NCBI GenBank assembly: GCA_965206595.1
Contig: OZ242214.1
Span: 1 to 64,000 of the forward strand
From: Candidatus Latescibacterota bacterium
Lineage (GTDB): Bacteria > Latescibacterota > UBA2968 > UBA8231
Length of the DNA: 64,000 bases
Reading direction: 5' to 3'
A program made the translations under genes and the position numbers. The notes beneath the pieces are model-generated. The model had not been told where the DNA came from, did no database searches, and worked only from the letters and a program-made list of their open reading frames with translations. Shown here piece after piece: positions 40,621 to 50,153 of this stretch (within the stretch, counting starts at the first letter, position 1; each line of letters begins with the position of its first letter).

Positions 40621-40950
40621 ATGGTCAATCTGACCGACATGCAATGGCAACGAATCCGCCATCACTTTCCTGAAGAACTTCGTCCCAAGAGCCATCCGGG
40701 TCGCAAACCGGTTTGCACCCGTGATGTTTTTGAAGCCGTCCTTTGGATTCTAAACACCGGGGCTCAATGGCATATGTTGCCGCCGTGCTATCCGAACTAC
40801 AAAACCGTGCATCGCCGTTTTCAAAACGGGTGTCGTCAAGGGGTGGTACGCGAAGTTCTCATGGACCTGGCCCAGACCCTTCACGAGCAAGGGGGTCTGG
40901 ACGAATCGGAGGCTTTCATCGATGGCCTGTTCTCGGCGGCCAAGGGTGGA
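40621..40950 (+). pseudogene. IS5-family transposase N-terminal fragment (DUF4096)
   Basis: 'LTDMQWQRI', 'VLWILNTGAQWHMLP', 'TVHRRF', 'AFIDG...AKGG', then breaks off. Confidence 0.82.
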
Positions 40951-41066
40951 GGACGCCGCCGCCAACCCCACCTTCCTCTTTGCCGAACCGCGCGTCGGCT
41001 ACCGCATGCCCCAAGGGACAGGAACCGGAACCGTGACCGCGACCGGGGAAGCCACAGTTGAAGAAA

Positions 41067-41948
41067 CTACAGCCCGCCCAACCCCTGGTGGGCGAAATGC
41101 CAGTCCTCCAGGTGGTTGAGCAACACCCCTGAAGTCCACGTCCGGGGCCGCTGCAAGGTGGCGTGAATTTCCGCCTGCTTGGCCTCGATGTGCTCGCGCT
41201 CGAGCAGGCGCCGGTTGAAGGCCGCCACGGCTCCTTCCTCGACCACACCTTCCCGCCGCACCCAGTCCTCGAATGCGAGGTAGTCCGGCATTTCCCCGCG
41301 GAGAAACGCAAGGGCCGCCTCCTCATCCACCTGCAGGGTCCGCAGACAGCGCTGGTCGAGGCTGCCCTCGGCGCAGTCGGGATAGTCGGGATGCAGCAGG
41401 CCCCTGGCGCGCAGGCAGGTCTTGAGCCAAGTGCGGGGAAGCTGGCAGATCCCCAACCGCCCCCGGTCGATGCTGCTGAGGGTCGGAGCCACGGGCCCTG
41501 GCAGGCCCTCGGCGCCGGGTGCGAATACCTGGCGATGGAACAGCTGCCAGTCCTGCAGGCAGTTGAGCAGCACGGCCGATACTTCCGTCTTCTCTTCCTG
41601 CGACCAGCCTATGTCGCCATAGGTCTCGTCGATCTTTCCCGGAATATGGTGGGGGCGCTGAACCAGGGCCTTGTTCCAGCGCGCGATGCGGGCGGGATCG
41701 CAGGTGCCTTCGGAGATCACCCACTCCTCGAACTGCAGGTAGGAAGGGCGCTGGTCCCACAGGAATTGCAGGGTGCTGTCCTGATCGAGCCGCAGCACCT
41801 CGAGGACGTACTTGTCGAGGCCGCCGCTGCAGAATGGGTAGCCGGGGTCGAGCTGCCCGGCCTGGTGGAGGCGGTTCTTCCACCAAAGACGGGGCAACTG
41901 GGCCACGCCCAGCGGGCCCTTGCACAGGGTGCTGACCAATGGTATCAC
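41067..41948 (-). CDS. Hypothetical protein with duplicated DUF5069-like domains
   Basis: Two internal repeats 'GPLGVAQLPRLWWK...PSYLQFEEWV' / 'GRLGICQLPRTWLK...PDYLAFEDWV'. Confidence 0.65.
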   Translation of the reverse strand: MIPLVSTLCKGPLGVAQLPRLWWKNRLHQAGQLDPGYPFCSGGLDKYVLEVLRLDQDSTLQFLWDQRPSYLQFEEWVISEGTCDPARIARWNKALVQRPHHIPGKIDETYGDIGWSQEEKTEVSAVLLNCLQDWQLFHRQVFAPGAEGLPGPVAPTLSSIDRGRLGICQLPRTWLKTCLRARGLLHPDYPDCAEGSLDQRCLRTLQVDEEAALAFLRGEMPDYLAFEDWVRREGVVEEGAVAAFNRRLLEREHIEAKQAEIHATLQRPRTWTSGVLLNHLEDWHFAHQGLGGL

Positions 41949-42239
41949 GGTTTTGCTCCTTTCGGGTTGTGACTGTCCCACCCAGATCTTGGGATCGTTC
42001 CCCCGATCCATCCCGGTTCGTGAGCAGAATTGGCAATATTTCGGGGCAGGACACTGGCTGACAACTCGAACCAGGAACGTTCCCCTCGGCCGGAACCGCA
42101 AGTCCGCTTCGGCGGGATTTATGGGGAAATAGTGTCGGCCCTTTCCAGGCCGTTTCAAAGAAGGACCTGAGCGGACGGCAGGCAGAAAGTGATGCCCGGA
42201 ACAGGACGATGCTCCGTGCCGGCCAGAGCTGCCGGCACC

Positions 42240-43934
42240 TTACCCGCTGAGCCGCTCCTCGAGCAGGGCCGCCGCTTCCCCGTGCCCCTCCTTCTCCGCC
42301 CGGCAGAGCGGCTGCGCCCAAGGCGACTGCGCAGGCGCGGCCGGATCGGCGCCCTGTTCCAACAGGAACCGCACCATCTCCGCCTGCCCCTTGCGCGCCG
42401 CAGCGGCCAGGGGCGTGCCCCCGTATTCCAACTCGACCGCCTCGATATCGGCTCCCAGCTCCAGAAAGACGCGGGCGGCGGCGACATCCCCCTTTTCCGC
42501 ACAGCCGTGCAGGAAGGTGCGGCCGATCCAGTTGGCGCGCCGCATGTCGACGCCGCGGTCGGCCAGGGCGCGAATCGTAGGGGGGTCCGAAGGGTAGTTG
42601 CCGCCCCAGATGTCGGTCAGTTGGAACAGCTCTCCCGCATTCGGCACGGTTTCCAGGAAAAGGCCGATGAGCGCAGGCTTGTCCCGTCCCATCACCTCGT
42701 GCAGCAATTGCGGGTCCGCAACCCCCTCTTCCCCTTCGCGCAGGGCCCGTTCCAGCTCGGCATCGTCCATGGCATAGGAGGGGGTCACCGCTCCGTGCTC
42801 GCGCAGCAGGGCCTGCATCTGCCGGCCCTGCTCGCCGTGGTTGTACTCGACGATGGTCAGGCAGGTGCCGGAAGAGTCCACTCCGGCGTTGGGATCGGCG
42901 CCGCGTTCGATCAGCAGTCTCGCCGTCTCCAGGTGGTTTCCCGCGGAAGCGCCGAACAGTGCCCCGCCGCGCGGCGCGAGCTCCTCCGGCCGGTTGGGAT
43001 CGGCACCGAGGTCAAGCAGTTTTTCGACGATCCGGGTATGGCCGTTGCGAGCGGCGCAGGAGAGCGGGCTGCGTCTGCCGGCATCGAGGCCGCGGGCCTG
43101 GGCAGGATCGGCCGCCAGCACCGCATCGACGCGGGCTTCGTCTCCGGCAGCGCAGGCGATGCTCAGGGCGTACTCCGCGCCGCAGGCGAGCAGATGGCGG
43201 GTGACCATCCACGAGTCTTGCGGGGCTTCCGGCGGCAGATTGCGGGTCCGGTACCAGTAGTCGCCGTTGAGGGAGACCAGCAACGGAGTCTGGCCGTCGG
43301 CGCGGCGGGCTTCGAGGCCGGCGCCCCGTGCGACAAAGAGATCCACCAGGTCGTTCTGCCGCGTCAGCGCCGCCCAGTGCAGGGGCCCGTTGCCCAGCGC
43401 GTCCGCGGCGCGGATGAAACCGGGATGCTCTCCCAGCACCGCTTCGACCCGGGCGCGGTCGCGGCCCTTGATCGCCTCGGCCAGCGCGACAAATCCCGGA
43501 CCGTAACCGAAGCGCTCGCGCATCGCCGTCGCCAGCAGCGCCTGCACCTCCCTGTAGCCGCGCTCCTCGCTGATAGCCAGCAGCTTGTCCCACGAGTTGT
43601 AGGTATAGCGCGACTGGCCCGGATCGGCCCCTGCCTGCAGCAGCAGTTCTACCACCTCGGCATGGTTCTCGCGCACCGCCATGTGGATGGGAAACTGGTA
43701 CCAGTACTGGGCGTTGACCAACCTGGGGTCGCTGTCGAGCAGGGCGCGGACCCGCTCCAGATCTCCGGCGCCGCTGGCGCAGAAGAGCTCCCAGGCCCGG
43801 TTCCCGTCCACCGGCTCGATCCCGCACTGGTAGCTCTCCGTCTTCATGCCTTCCGGCTGCAGCAAACGGGCCATCCGTTGCGCGAAACGCTCGCCCGGCG
43901 ACTGGGCCTGCGGCTGCGATTTTCGTCCGGTCAT
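42240..43934 (-). CDS. Ankyrin-repeat protein
   Basis: Multiple 'PLHWAA', 'TPLAAAARKG...LLEQGADP' repeats. Confidence 0.9.
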   Translation of the reverse strand: MTGRKSQPQAQSPGERFAQRMARLLQPEGMKTESYQCGIEPVDGNRAWELFCASGAGDLERVRALLDSDPRLVNAQYWYQFPIHMAVRENHAEVVELLLQAGADPGQSRYTYNSWDKLLAISEERGYREVQALLATAMRERFGYGPGFVALAEAIKGRDRARVEAVLGEHPGFIRAADALGNGPLHWAALTRQNDLVDLFVARGAGLEARRADGQTPLLVSLNGDYWYRTRNLPPEAPQDSWMVTRHLLACGAEYALSIACAAGDEARVDAVLAADPAQARGLDAGRRSPLSCAARNGHTRIVEKLLDLGADPNRPEELAPRGGALFGASAGNHLETARLLIERGADPNAGVDSSGTCLTIVEYNHGEQGRQMQALLREHGAVTPSYAMDDAELERALREGEEGVADPQLLHEVMGRDKPALIGLFLETVPNAGELFQLTDIWGGNYPSDPPTIRALADRGVDMRRANWIGRTFLHGCAEKGDVAAARVFLELGADIEAVELEYGGTPLAAAARKGQAEMVRFLLEQGADPAAPAQSPWAQPLCRAEKEGHGEAAALLEERLSG

Positions 43935-44245
43935 CCGCGGAATCCCCTTCCTTTTTCCGAGGCGCCTCCCGGGCAGGTATGAACCTCGACCGCTACATGC
44001 ACGAGGCCGAGGTCCCCGGGAATGCGCTCCTTGTATTGCCCCGGCATCGCGGGACGGTGAGCCACGACGGCGATCAGCGCCGAATAGATATCCGGACCGA
44101 TGGACCACAGGTGGAGGTCGGTGACCTTGCTGTCGCCGTCCTGCTCGATGCTGTGGGTGATCCTGTCGCGGATGGATTCGGGACCCTGCCTGTCGAGCAG
44201 TATGTCGCTGGTGGTCCGCAGCAGGCCGAACGACCAGCTGGCCAG
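43931..44245 (-). pseudogene. C-terminal fragment of a DmeF-like CDF metal transporter
   Basis: 'WSFGLLRTTSDILLD...VTDLHLWSIGP...LVHVAVEV'. Confidence 0.7.
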
Positions 44246-44289
44246 GAACGCCTCGGTCACCGCGAAGAAGGACCCTGCACGAACTGCTG

Positions 44290-44408
44290 CCCCGTCCACC
44301 CGCGGCGGGGTGCGGCTGAAGCAGGACACGGCATTGCCCGCCTCTATCAACTCTCTCAGCACGTACCCTCCAATGGCGCCGCTGCCCCCCTGACGAGGAT
44401 CGTTCATC
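44290..44408 (-). pseudogene. N-terminal fragment of an NAD-dependent epimerase
   Basis: 'GGSGAIGGYVLRELIEAGNAVSCFSR'. Confidence 0.55.
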
Positions 44409-44475
44409 GCGTCATCCCTCTCTGTACCGTATGCGGTGGCAGGCCGTTGTATAAAAGCCCGATCCGAATGCAAGC

Positions 44476-45288
44476 TCAAACTTCCCGTCGAGGGGGATCG
44501 TACCTGGGAAAGAACGCACCTTCGCCGCATTGTCCCTCCCCGATCTTCGCTGCCTGCCCGCCGCCGGTAACCGGGAATCGAGCCCCATCCAGTTCCGGCA
44601 GGACGTAGCGGTTGAACCATACGCTCATCTGTTGGCGCATGTCGGATATCAGGGCCTTCCGGGACTTGTCGTCCACCAGGTTCCTGCGTTCCCCCGGGTC
44701 GTTCACCAGGTCGCAGAGCTCGTGCGGACCGTACGGATACCTGTGGACGTATTTCCACTCCTGCGTGCGGATCATGCGCACGGGACCGTACTCGTCGAAG
44801 ACGACGATCTCCTCCCAGGCGTCGTTCGTCTCTCCGGAAAGCGCGGGGAGAAAGCTCCTGCCGGGGGACATGTCGTCGTTCGGATCGGGCAACCCGAGGT
44901 AGTCGAGCAGGGTCGGCATGAAGTCGTACTGGCTCACCATCGCCTCGCTCACCCGTCCCGCGGGGATCCTGCCGGGCTGGCTGACGATGAAGGGGACCTT
45001 CACGGAGTTCTCGTACATGTTCAGCGGGAAGGTGCCGTTTCCCTTGTGCCAGAACCCGTGGTGTCCGCACGAGTAGCCGTTGTCGCTGCTGAAGACGACG
45101 AGCGTGTTCTCGCGGATACCCAGCTGCGCCAGCCGTTCGAGGATCCTCCCGACGTTCAGGTCGAGCGCCGTTATCGCCGCGAAGTACCCCTTCAACGACT
45201 CGCGGTTGCCCATGTGAACGGCCGCGGCCTGCACCGCCCACGGGTGCAATGCCTCCTGCGGACAGGTCCTGAACGGTTTCTTCTCCAT
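44476..45288 (-). pseudogene. Sulfatase, C-terminal half only
   Basis: 'YFAAITALDLNVGRIL', 'FSSDNG', 'MYENSVKVPFI', 'DFMPTLL'; no CxPxR N-terminus. Confidence 0.75.
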
Positions 45289-45507
45289 TCCCGATCCTCC
45301 GTCTCCTTTGAAAAGCAGGCCCCGTCCGGGGGCGGCACGCTCAGTCGCGGCGCAGCCACAGCCGCGCGCAGTGCCGCCGGTCCGCGGAGAGGTTCTGCAT
45401 GGGGAGAAAATAGCGCCGCCCTGCCCCCCGCTCGACCGGCCGGTGGCTTGCCGCCGCGGGAGCGGGCTATCTTCAGGCGGCACACCCACCCACGGATCGA
45501 GCGCCGA

Positions 45508-46632
45508 ATGACCACTGCAGAGGAACAGAGCAGCCTGCCCGGGGCCGCCCTCCCGGCACTCCTGCGGCCCGAGGTCCTGGCCGCTTTCGACCGCGAGTTC
45601 TTCGAGCGCGAGGGCTACTGGGTCTGGAACGGGGTCCTCACCGACGAGGGCCGCCGTCGCTGGACGGCCACCCTGCAGCGGCTGCAGGGAATGAACGACT
45701 CCTTCCTCACGGGCACCGACTGGGGCGCCGTCGACTACCCCGGCCTGGGCCTGACGGCGCCCGATCCGGAGGTCCATACCCCCGAGTTTCTGGCTTCCTG
45801 CCGCGGCGGCTCCGAGCAGATGCGGGTCATCCAGACGACCCCCGGCCTGCGCGACTACATGAAGGACCACGGGCTCTTCTGCCCGACACCGGAACCGGTG
45901 GCCGACGGCACCGGGTGGGAGGGGGTCATGCCCGAGTACTTCCCCCTGGCCTACGACGACTTCATCCTCGACGTCACCACCACCCACCCGCAGATGATGG
46001 AGCTCTTCGGCAAGCTCCTGGGGCCGCGGTTCCTGCTGGATCACATCCTGATGCTGAACCGCACACCGGGGTCGACGGGCCGGCGCTGGCACGCCCACGG
46101 CTACCGACAGGGGCAGCACGAGACCGAGGATCCCGGCGGCGGCGGCAACGAGCGCCCGCCGAGCAGGGAATTCCTGCAGCACCAGTGCGTGCGCACCCTG
46201 TGCTATCCCGAGGGCATGAGGGTCGACGACGGGGGCGGCGAGCTGGCCGTGGTCCCCGGCGCCCACCTCTACCGCAGCCCCTACCTGTGGAACACCCGGC
46301 GCAGCGAGTACGACGGCGAGTTCGAGGCCGGCTGGATGCGGGGCCGGGTCCACGCCTTCAGCGGGAAGCCCCTGCGCATCGAGCCCCTCTCCCTGGCCCC
46401 GGGCAGCATGGTCTCCTTCGTCCACCACATGCCGCACCGCGTCGGCCACCGCGACGAGGACGCCCCCACCCGCTGGGGGCTGCTGATGGCCTACCGCACA
46501 CCCGACCCGGAGTCGGCGCCGGCGCGCTGGAACGAGGGCGTCCCGGCCCAGTGGGTAGGGCGCCAGGAGGCCGCGGGCCGGATCACCGCATCGATGCGCC
46601 GGGTCTTCGAGGGGGACAACCCGCCGGCTTGA
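45508..46632 (+). CDS. PhyH-family dioxygenase-like protein
   Basis: 'FFEREGYWV', 'WHAH', 'LAVVPGAH', 'PGSMV...HHMPH'. Confidence 0.75.
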   Translation: MTTAEEQSSLPGAALPALLRPEVLAAFDREFFEREGYWVWNGVLTDEGRRRWTATLQRLQGMNDSFLTGTDWGAVDYPGLGLTAPDPEVHTPEFLASCRGGSEQMRVIQTTPGLRDYMKDHGLFCPTPEPVADGTGWEGVMPEYFPLAYDDFILDVTTTHPQMMELFGKLLGPRFLLDHILMLNRTPGSTGRRWHAHGYRQGQHETEDPGGGGNERPPSREFLQHQCVRTLCYPEGMRVDDGGGELAVVPGAHLYRSPYLWNTRRSEYDGEFEAGWMRGRVHAFSGKPLRIEPLSLAPGSMVSFVHHMPHRVGHRDEDAPTRWGLLMAYRTPDPESAPARWNEGVPAQWVGRQEAAGRITASMRRVFEGDNPPA

Positions 46633-46800
46633 TAAGGGCCGGCGGCGGGCTCCGTCAGGGTTTGCCCGGCCGGATCATCCGGGGCGGAACACTCGGGAGC
46701 GGTCCAGGGCGGACGATTAGTGCCTATACGCGCCATTACGCGCGAATTCGGCTGCCGCTGCATCCCGGGCCACCGTTCAGTCCCCCTGCAGTAGTTTGCG

Positions 46801-47040
46801 GTAGAGTCGGGATGTGGCGCGGTGGTGTAGGCTCGGCCTATCTGTTTCCGGCCCTTTCGTCTGCCGGTGCCTCACTAGCCGAACCCTGCCCCGTTTCCAC
46901 ACCCCGCTCATCGAACCCAGCGGGCGGATTTCCCGCATTGGGCTCTCGGACGAGATCATGCCTTCGCCCACGAAAAACCGGTCGTACGCGCGCAAAGGGG
47001 GGTGAACCCATGATCCTGCCACAGATGCCCCGCCGGGTCG
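46801..47040 (-). ncRNA. Group II intron 3' remnant (domains V-VI and end of RT ORF)
   Basis: Minus strand GAGAGCCCAATGCGGGAAATCCGCCCGCTGGGTTCGATGAGCGGGG (DV-like, ~46902-46947), long DVI ending CGACTCTAC. Confidence 0.82.
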
Positions 47041-47044
47041 CTGC

Positions 47045-47365
47045 GGGCAGCCGGGCTGGATGCGCTCGGGCAGGATGCCGAGCCGGATCCACCAGACCGA
47101 CAGTTGGGAGAGCCGTCCCAGCGCCTGGGAGGAGGCGAAGGGGGCGCCGTTGTCGGTACGGATGATGCGGGGCAGGCCGTAGGTGCGGAAGAGCCGGTGG
47201 AAGACCGGCCGGCTCAGTTGCCCCTGGGGCGCGTCGAGGGCCTGGCACCCCAGCAGAAAGCGGCTGTAGCCGTCGACGACGGTCAGCGGGTAGCAGTAGC
47301 GGCCATCCAGGGTTTTGAACTGCCCCTTGAAGTCGGCGGTCCAGACGTGATTGGGCGCGTTCTTG
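47045..47365 (-). pseudogene. IS481-family transposase (rve core) fragment
   Basis: Hand translation 'PNHVWTADFKGQF...YPLTVVDGYSRFLL...YGLPRIIRTDNGAPF...WWIRLGI'. Confidence 0.85.
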
Positions 47366-47524
47366 GACTATGTGCCGGACGTCGACCAACCGCCCTTGGA
47401 TGGAAGCATACTCCCCTCTGCTGTTGAATCGGACACCTGGGGGAGGATCAAGAACCAATGAACTTTCGAAGGTGGTTGCTTGCGGCGGTGCTTCTGGTGC
47501 GGGGCGGTCCGCTCGGCGCTCAAG

Positions 47525-47966
47525 TCAGGGCACCGAGGAGACGACGGTGGAAATCTTCTTCGACATGTCGGAGAGCGACAGCTACGGAGTGGCGCAGGAG
47601 CCGTGGCGCGACTTCCGGCCGGACTACGTGGTCGGGGTCACCGGCAGCAACGGGGTCCTGACGAAGGAGTTCTACTGGCGCTACACCGGGACCGGGTGGG
47701 ACAAGAAGGAAGGGGCCGACATTCCCGAGGTGGACATAGCCTTCGCGACCCGATACCTGGAAGGAGCCTGGGACTGGAAGCTGCTGGACATCCCGGACAC
47801 GGACCGGCATCACCTTGAGGTGGACTCCTACAACCAACTCAAGGCCGTGCGGGTCTCGAAGGGTGTGTTCCGGGACTATGTGCCGAATGACGACTACGCC
47901 TTGAGGGGACAGATCCTCCCGTCGGCTGTCGAACCGGACACCTGGGGGAGGGTCAAGAGCCGATGA
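47525..47966 (+). pseudogene. Gene A copy 1, 5'-deleted
   Basis: 'EETTVEIFFDMSES...SAVEPDTWGRVKSR'. Confidence 0.8.
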
Positions 47967-48316
47967 GCTATCGCGGGTGGTTGCTGGCGGCGGTGCTTCT
48001 GGTGTCGGGCGGTCCGCTCGGCGCTGAAGGGGAGTTTCCCATCGGGGCGTGGTTCCCGGGGATGATCGAGATCGAGGGGGACGAAGAGGCCGAGGAGGCC
48101 GAGTGGGCGACGCGGCTGGATTCGGTGAAGGCGCAAGGCTTCAACACCATCCATGCCCGGCAAGGCCGCGGCCATGTGCGGACCTCCGCGTACAACCAAC
48201 GCTGGATGGCCCGTGCCCACGCCCGGGGGCTGAAGGTGCAGCTGCACAGCTGGCAGCAGCCGCCCGAATGGCGCGAACACAGCCGCGGCTACTGGACGCG
48301 GCCTTGGAGCCGTTAA
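47963..48316 (+). pseudogene. Gene B 5' fragment, variant 1
   Basis: Signal peptide + 'EFPIGAWFPG...YWTR', then stop. Confidence 0.8.
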
Positions 48317-48359
48317 CAAAAACCTGTTCACCTGATTCCTCACGATGGAGGATGCTACC

Positions 48360-49067
48360 ATGCGAACGAAGACCCTTCAACTCATGCTGACCGCTCTGAC
48401 CGCCTTGCTGGTGGCGGGACCGGGTTCGGCCCAGAACAGTGGAAATTTCACCGTCGACGGAGACCCGATGGAGTGGTCAGGGTTGCGGTTTGACGAATAC
48501 GCCGACGTGGTCCCGGACACCAGCAGCACCGTAGACCTTCTCGGTTACTCGTTTGGCGACGCCAGCGTCTACACGGGTGGGGACACGCTGATCACCTTCC
48601 TCTTCCAGTTTGTAGCCCCGCCCTTTCAGGGCGCCGAGGAGACGACGGTGGAGATCTTCTTCGACATGTCGGAGAGCGACAGCTACGGAGTGGCGCAGGG
48701 GCCGTGGAGCGATTTCCGGCCGGACTACGTGATAGGGGTCACGGGAAGCAACGGCGCTTTGACCAAGGAGTTCTACTGGCGCTACACCGGCAGCGGCTGG
48801 GACAAGAAGGAAGGAGCCGACATTCCCGAGGTGGATATAGCGTTCGCGACCCGATACCTGGAGGGCGCCCTGGACTGGAAGCGGCTGGATATCCCGGATA
48901 CGGACCGGCCCTACTACGAGGTGGAGTCCTATAACCAACTCAAGGCGGTGCGGGTCTCGAAGGCTGCGTTCCGGGACTATCTGCCGAATGGCGACCATCC
49001 ATTGAGGGAACAGATACTCCCCAGTGCGGTGGAAGCGGACTCATGGGGGAGGATCAAGAACCCATGA
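48360..49067 (+). CDS. Gene A copy 2: secreted protein with SWGRIK tail
   Basis: Signal peptide, 'FTVDGDPMEW', 'SAVEADSWGRIKNP'; GGAGG RBS. Confidence 0.8.
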   Translation: MRTKTLQLMLTALTALLVAGPGSAQNSGNFTVDGDPMEWSGLRFDEYADVVPDTSSTVDLLGYSFGDASVYTGGDTLITFLFQFVAPPFQGAEETTVEIFFDMSESDSYGVAQGPWSDFRPDYVIGVTGSNGALTKEFYWRYTGSGWDKKEGADIPEVDIAFATRYLEGALDWKRLDIPDTDRPYYEVESYNQLKAVRVSKAAFRDYLPNGDHPLREQILPSAVEADSWGRIKNP

Positions 49068-49402
49068 ACTTTCGAGTGTGGTTTCTTGTGGCGGTGCTTC
49101 TGGTGCCGGTCGGTCCGCTCGGCGCGCAAGAGGAGTTTCCGATCGGGGCGTGGTTCCCGGGGATGACCGAGGGCGATGATGAGGACCAGTGGGCGGCGCG
49201 GCTGGATTCGGTGAAGGCGGCCGGGTTCAACACCATCCATGCCATTCGCGGGCGGGGGGAGATCCGGGCGTCCGAGTACAACAAAAAGTGGATGGCCCTG
49301 GCCCACGCCCGGGGCCTGAAGGTGCAGCTGCACAGCTGGAGGCAGCCGCCCGCGTGGCGCAGCTCCAGCCGCAACTACTGGACGCGGCCTTGGAGCCGTT
49401 AA
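49064..49402 (+). pseudogene. Gene B 5' fragment, variant 2
   Basis: Same truncation point 'YWTRPWSR*' as variant 1. Confidence 0.8.
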
Positions 49403-49445
49403 CAAAAACCTGTTCACCTGATTCCTCACGATGGAGGATGCTACC

Positions 49446-50153
49446 ATGCGAACGAAGACGCTTCAACTCATGCTGACCGCTCTGACCGCCTTGCTGCTGG
49501 CGGGACCGGGTTCGGCTCAGAACAGTGGAAATTTCACCGTCGACGGAGACCCGATGGAGTGGTCAGGGTTGCGGTTTGACGAACGTAACGACGTGGTCCC
49601 GGACACCAGCAGCACCGTCGATCTGGACGGCTACTCGTTTGGCGCCGCCGGCGTCTACGCGGGCGGGGACACGCTGTTCACCTTCCTCTTCCAGTTTCGG
49701 GCCCCGCCCTTTCAGGGGGCCGAGGAGACGACGGTGGAGATCTTCTTCGACCTGTCGGAGAGCGACAGCTACGGAGTGGCGCAGGGGCCGTGGAGCGATT
49801 TCCGGCCGGACTACGTGATCGGGGTCACCGGCAGCAACGGCGCCCTGACGAAGGAGTTCTACTGGCGCTACTCCGGCAGCGGGTGGGACAAGAAGGAAGG
49901 GGCCGACATTCCCGAGGTGGAGGTGGCCTTCGCGACCCGATACCTGGAGGGAGCCCTGGACTGGAAGCGGCTGGACATCCCGGACACGGATCGGCATCAC
50001 TCCGAGGTGGACTCCTATAACCAACTCAAGGCGGTGCGGGTATCGAAGGGCGCGTTCCGGGACTATCTGCCGAATGGCGACCATCCCTTGAGGGAACAGA
50101 TACTCCCCACTGCTGTTGAATCGGACACCTGGGGGAGGATCAAGAACCCATGA
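49446..50153 (+). CDS. Gene A copy 3: secreted protein with TWGRIK tail
   Basis: Paralog of 48360-49067. Confidence 0.8.
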   Translation: MRTKTLQLMLTALTALLLAGPGSAQNSGNFTVDGDPMEWSGLRFDERNDVVPDTSSTVDLDGYSFGAAGVYAGGDTLFTFLFQFRAPPFQGAEETTVEIFFDLSESDSYGVAQGPWSDFRPDYVIGVTGSNGALTKEFYWRYSGSGWDKKEGADIPEVEVAFATRYLEGALDWKRLDIPDTDRHHSEVDSYNQLKAVRVSKGAFRDYLPNGDHPLREQILPTAVESDTWGRIKNP

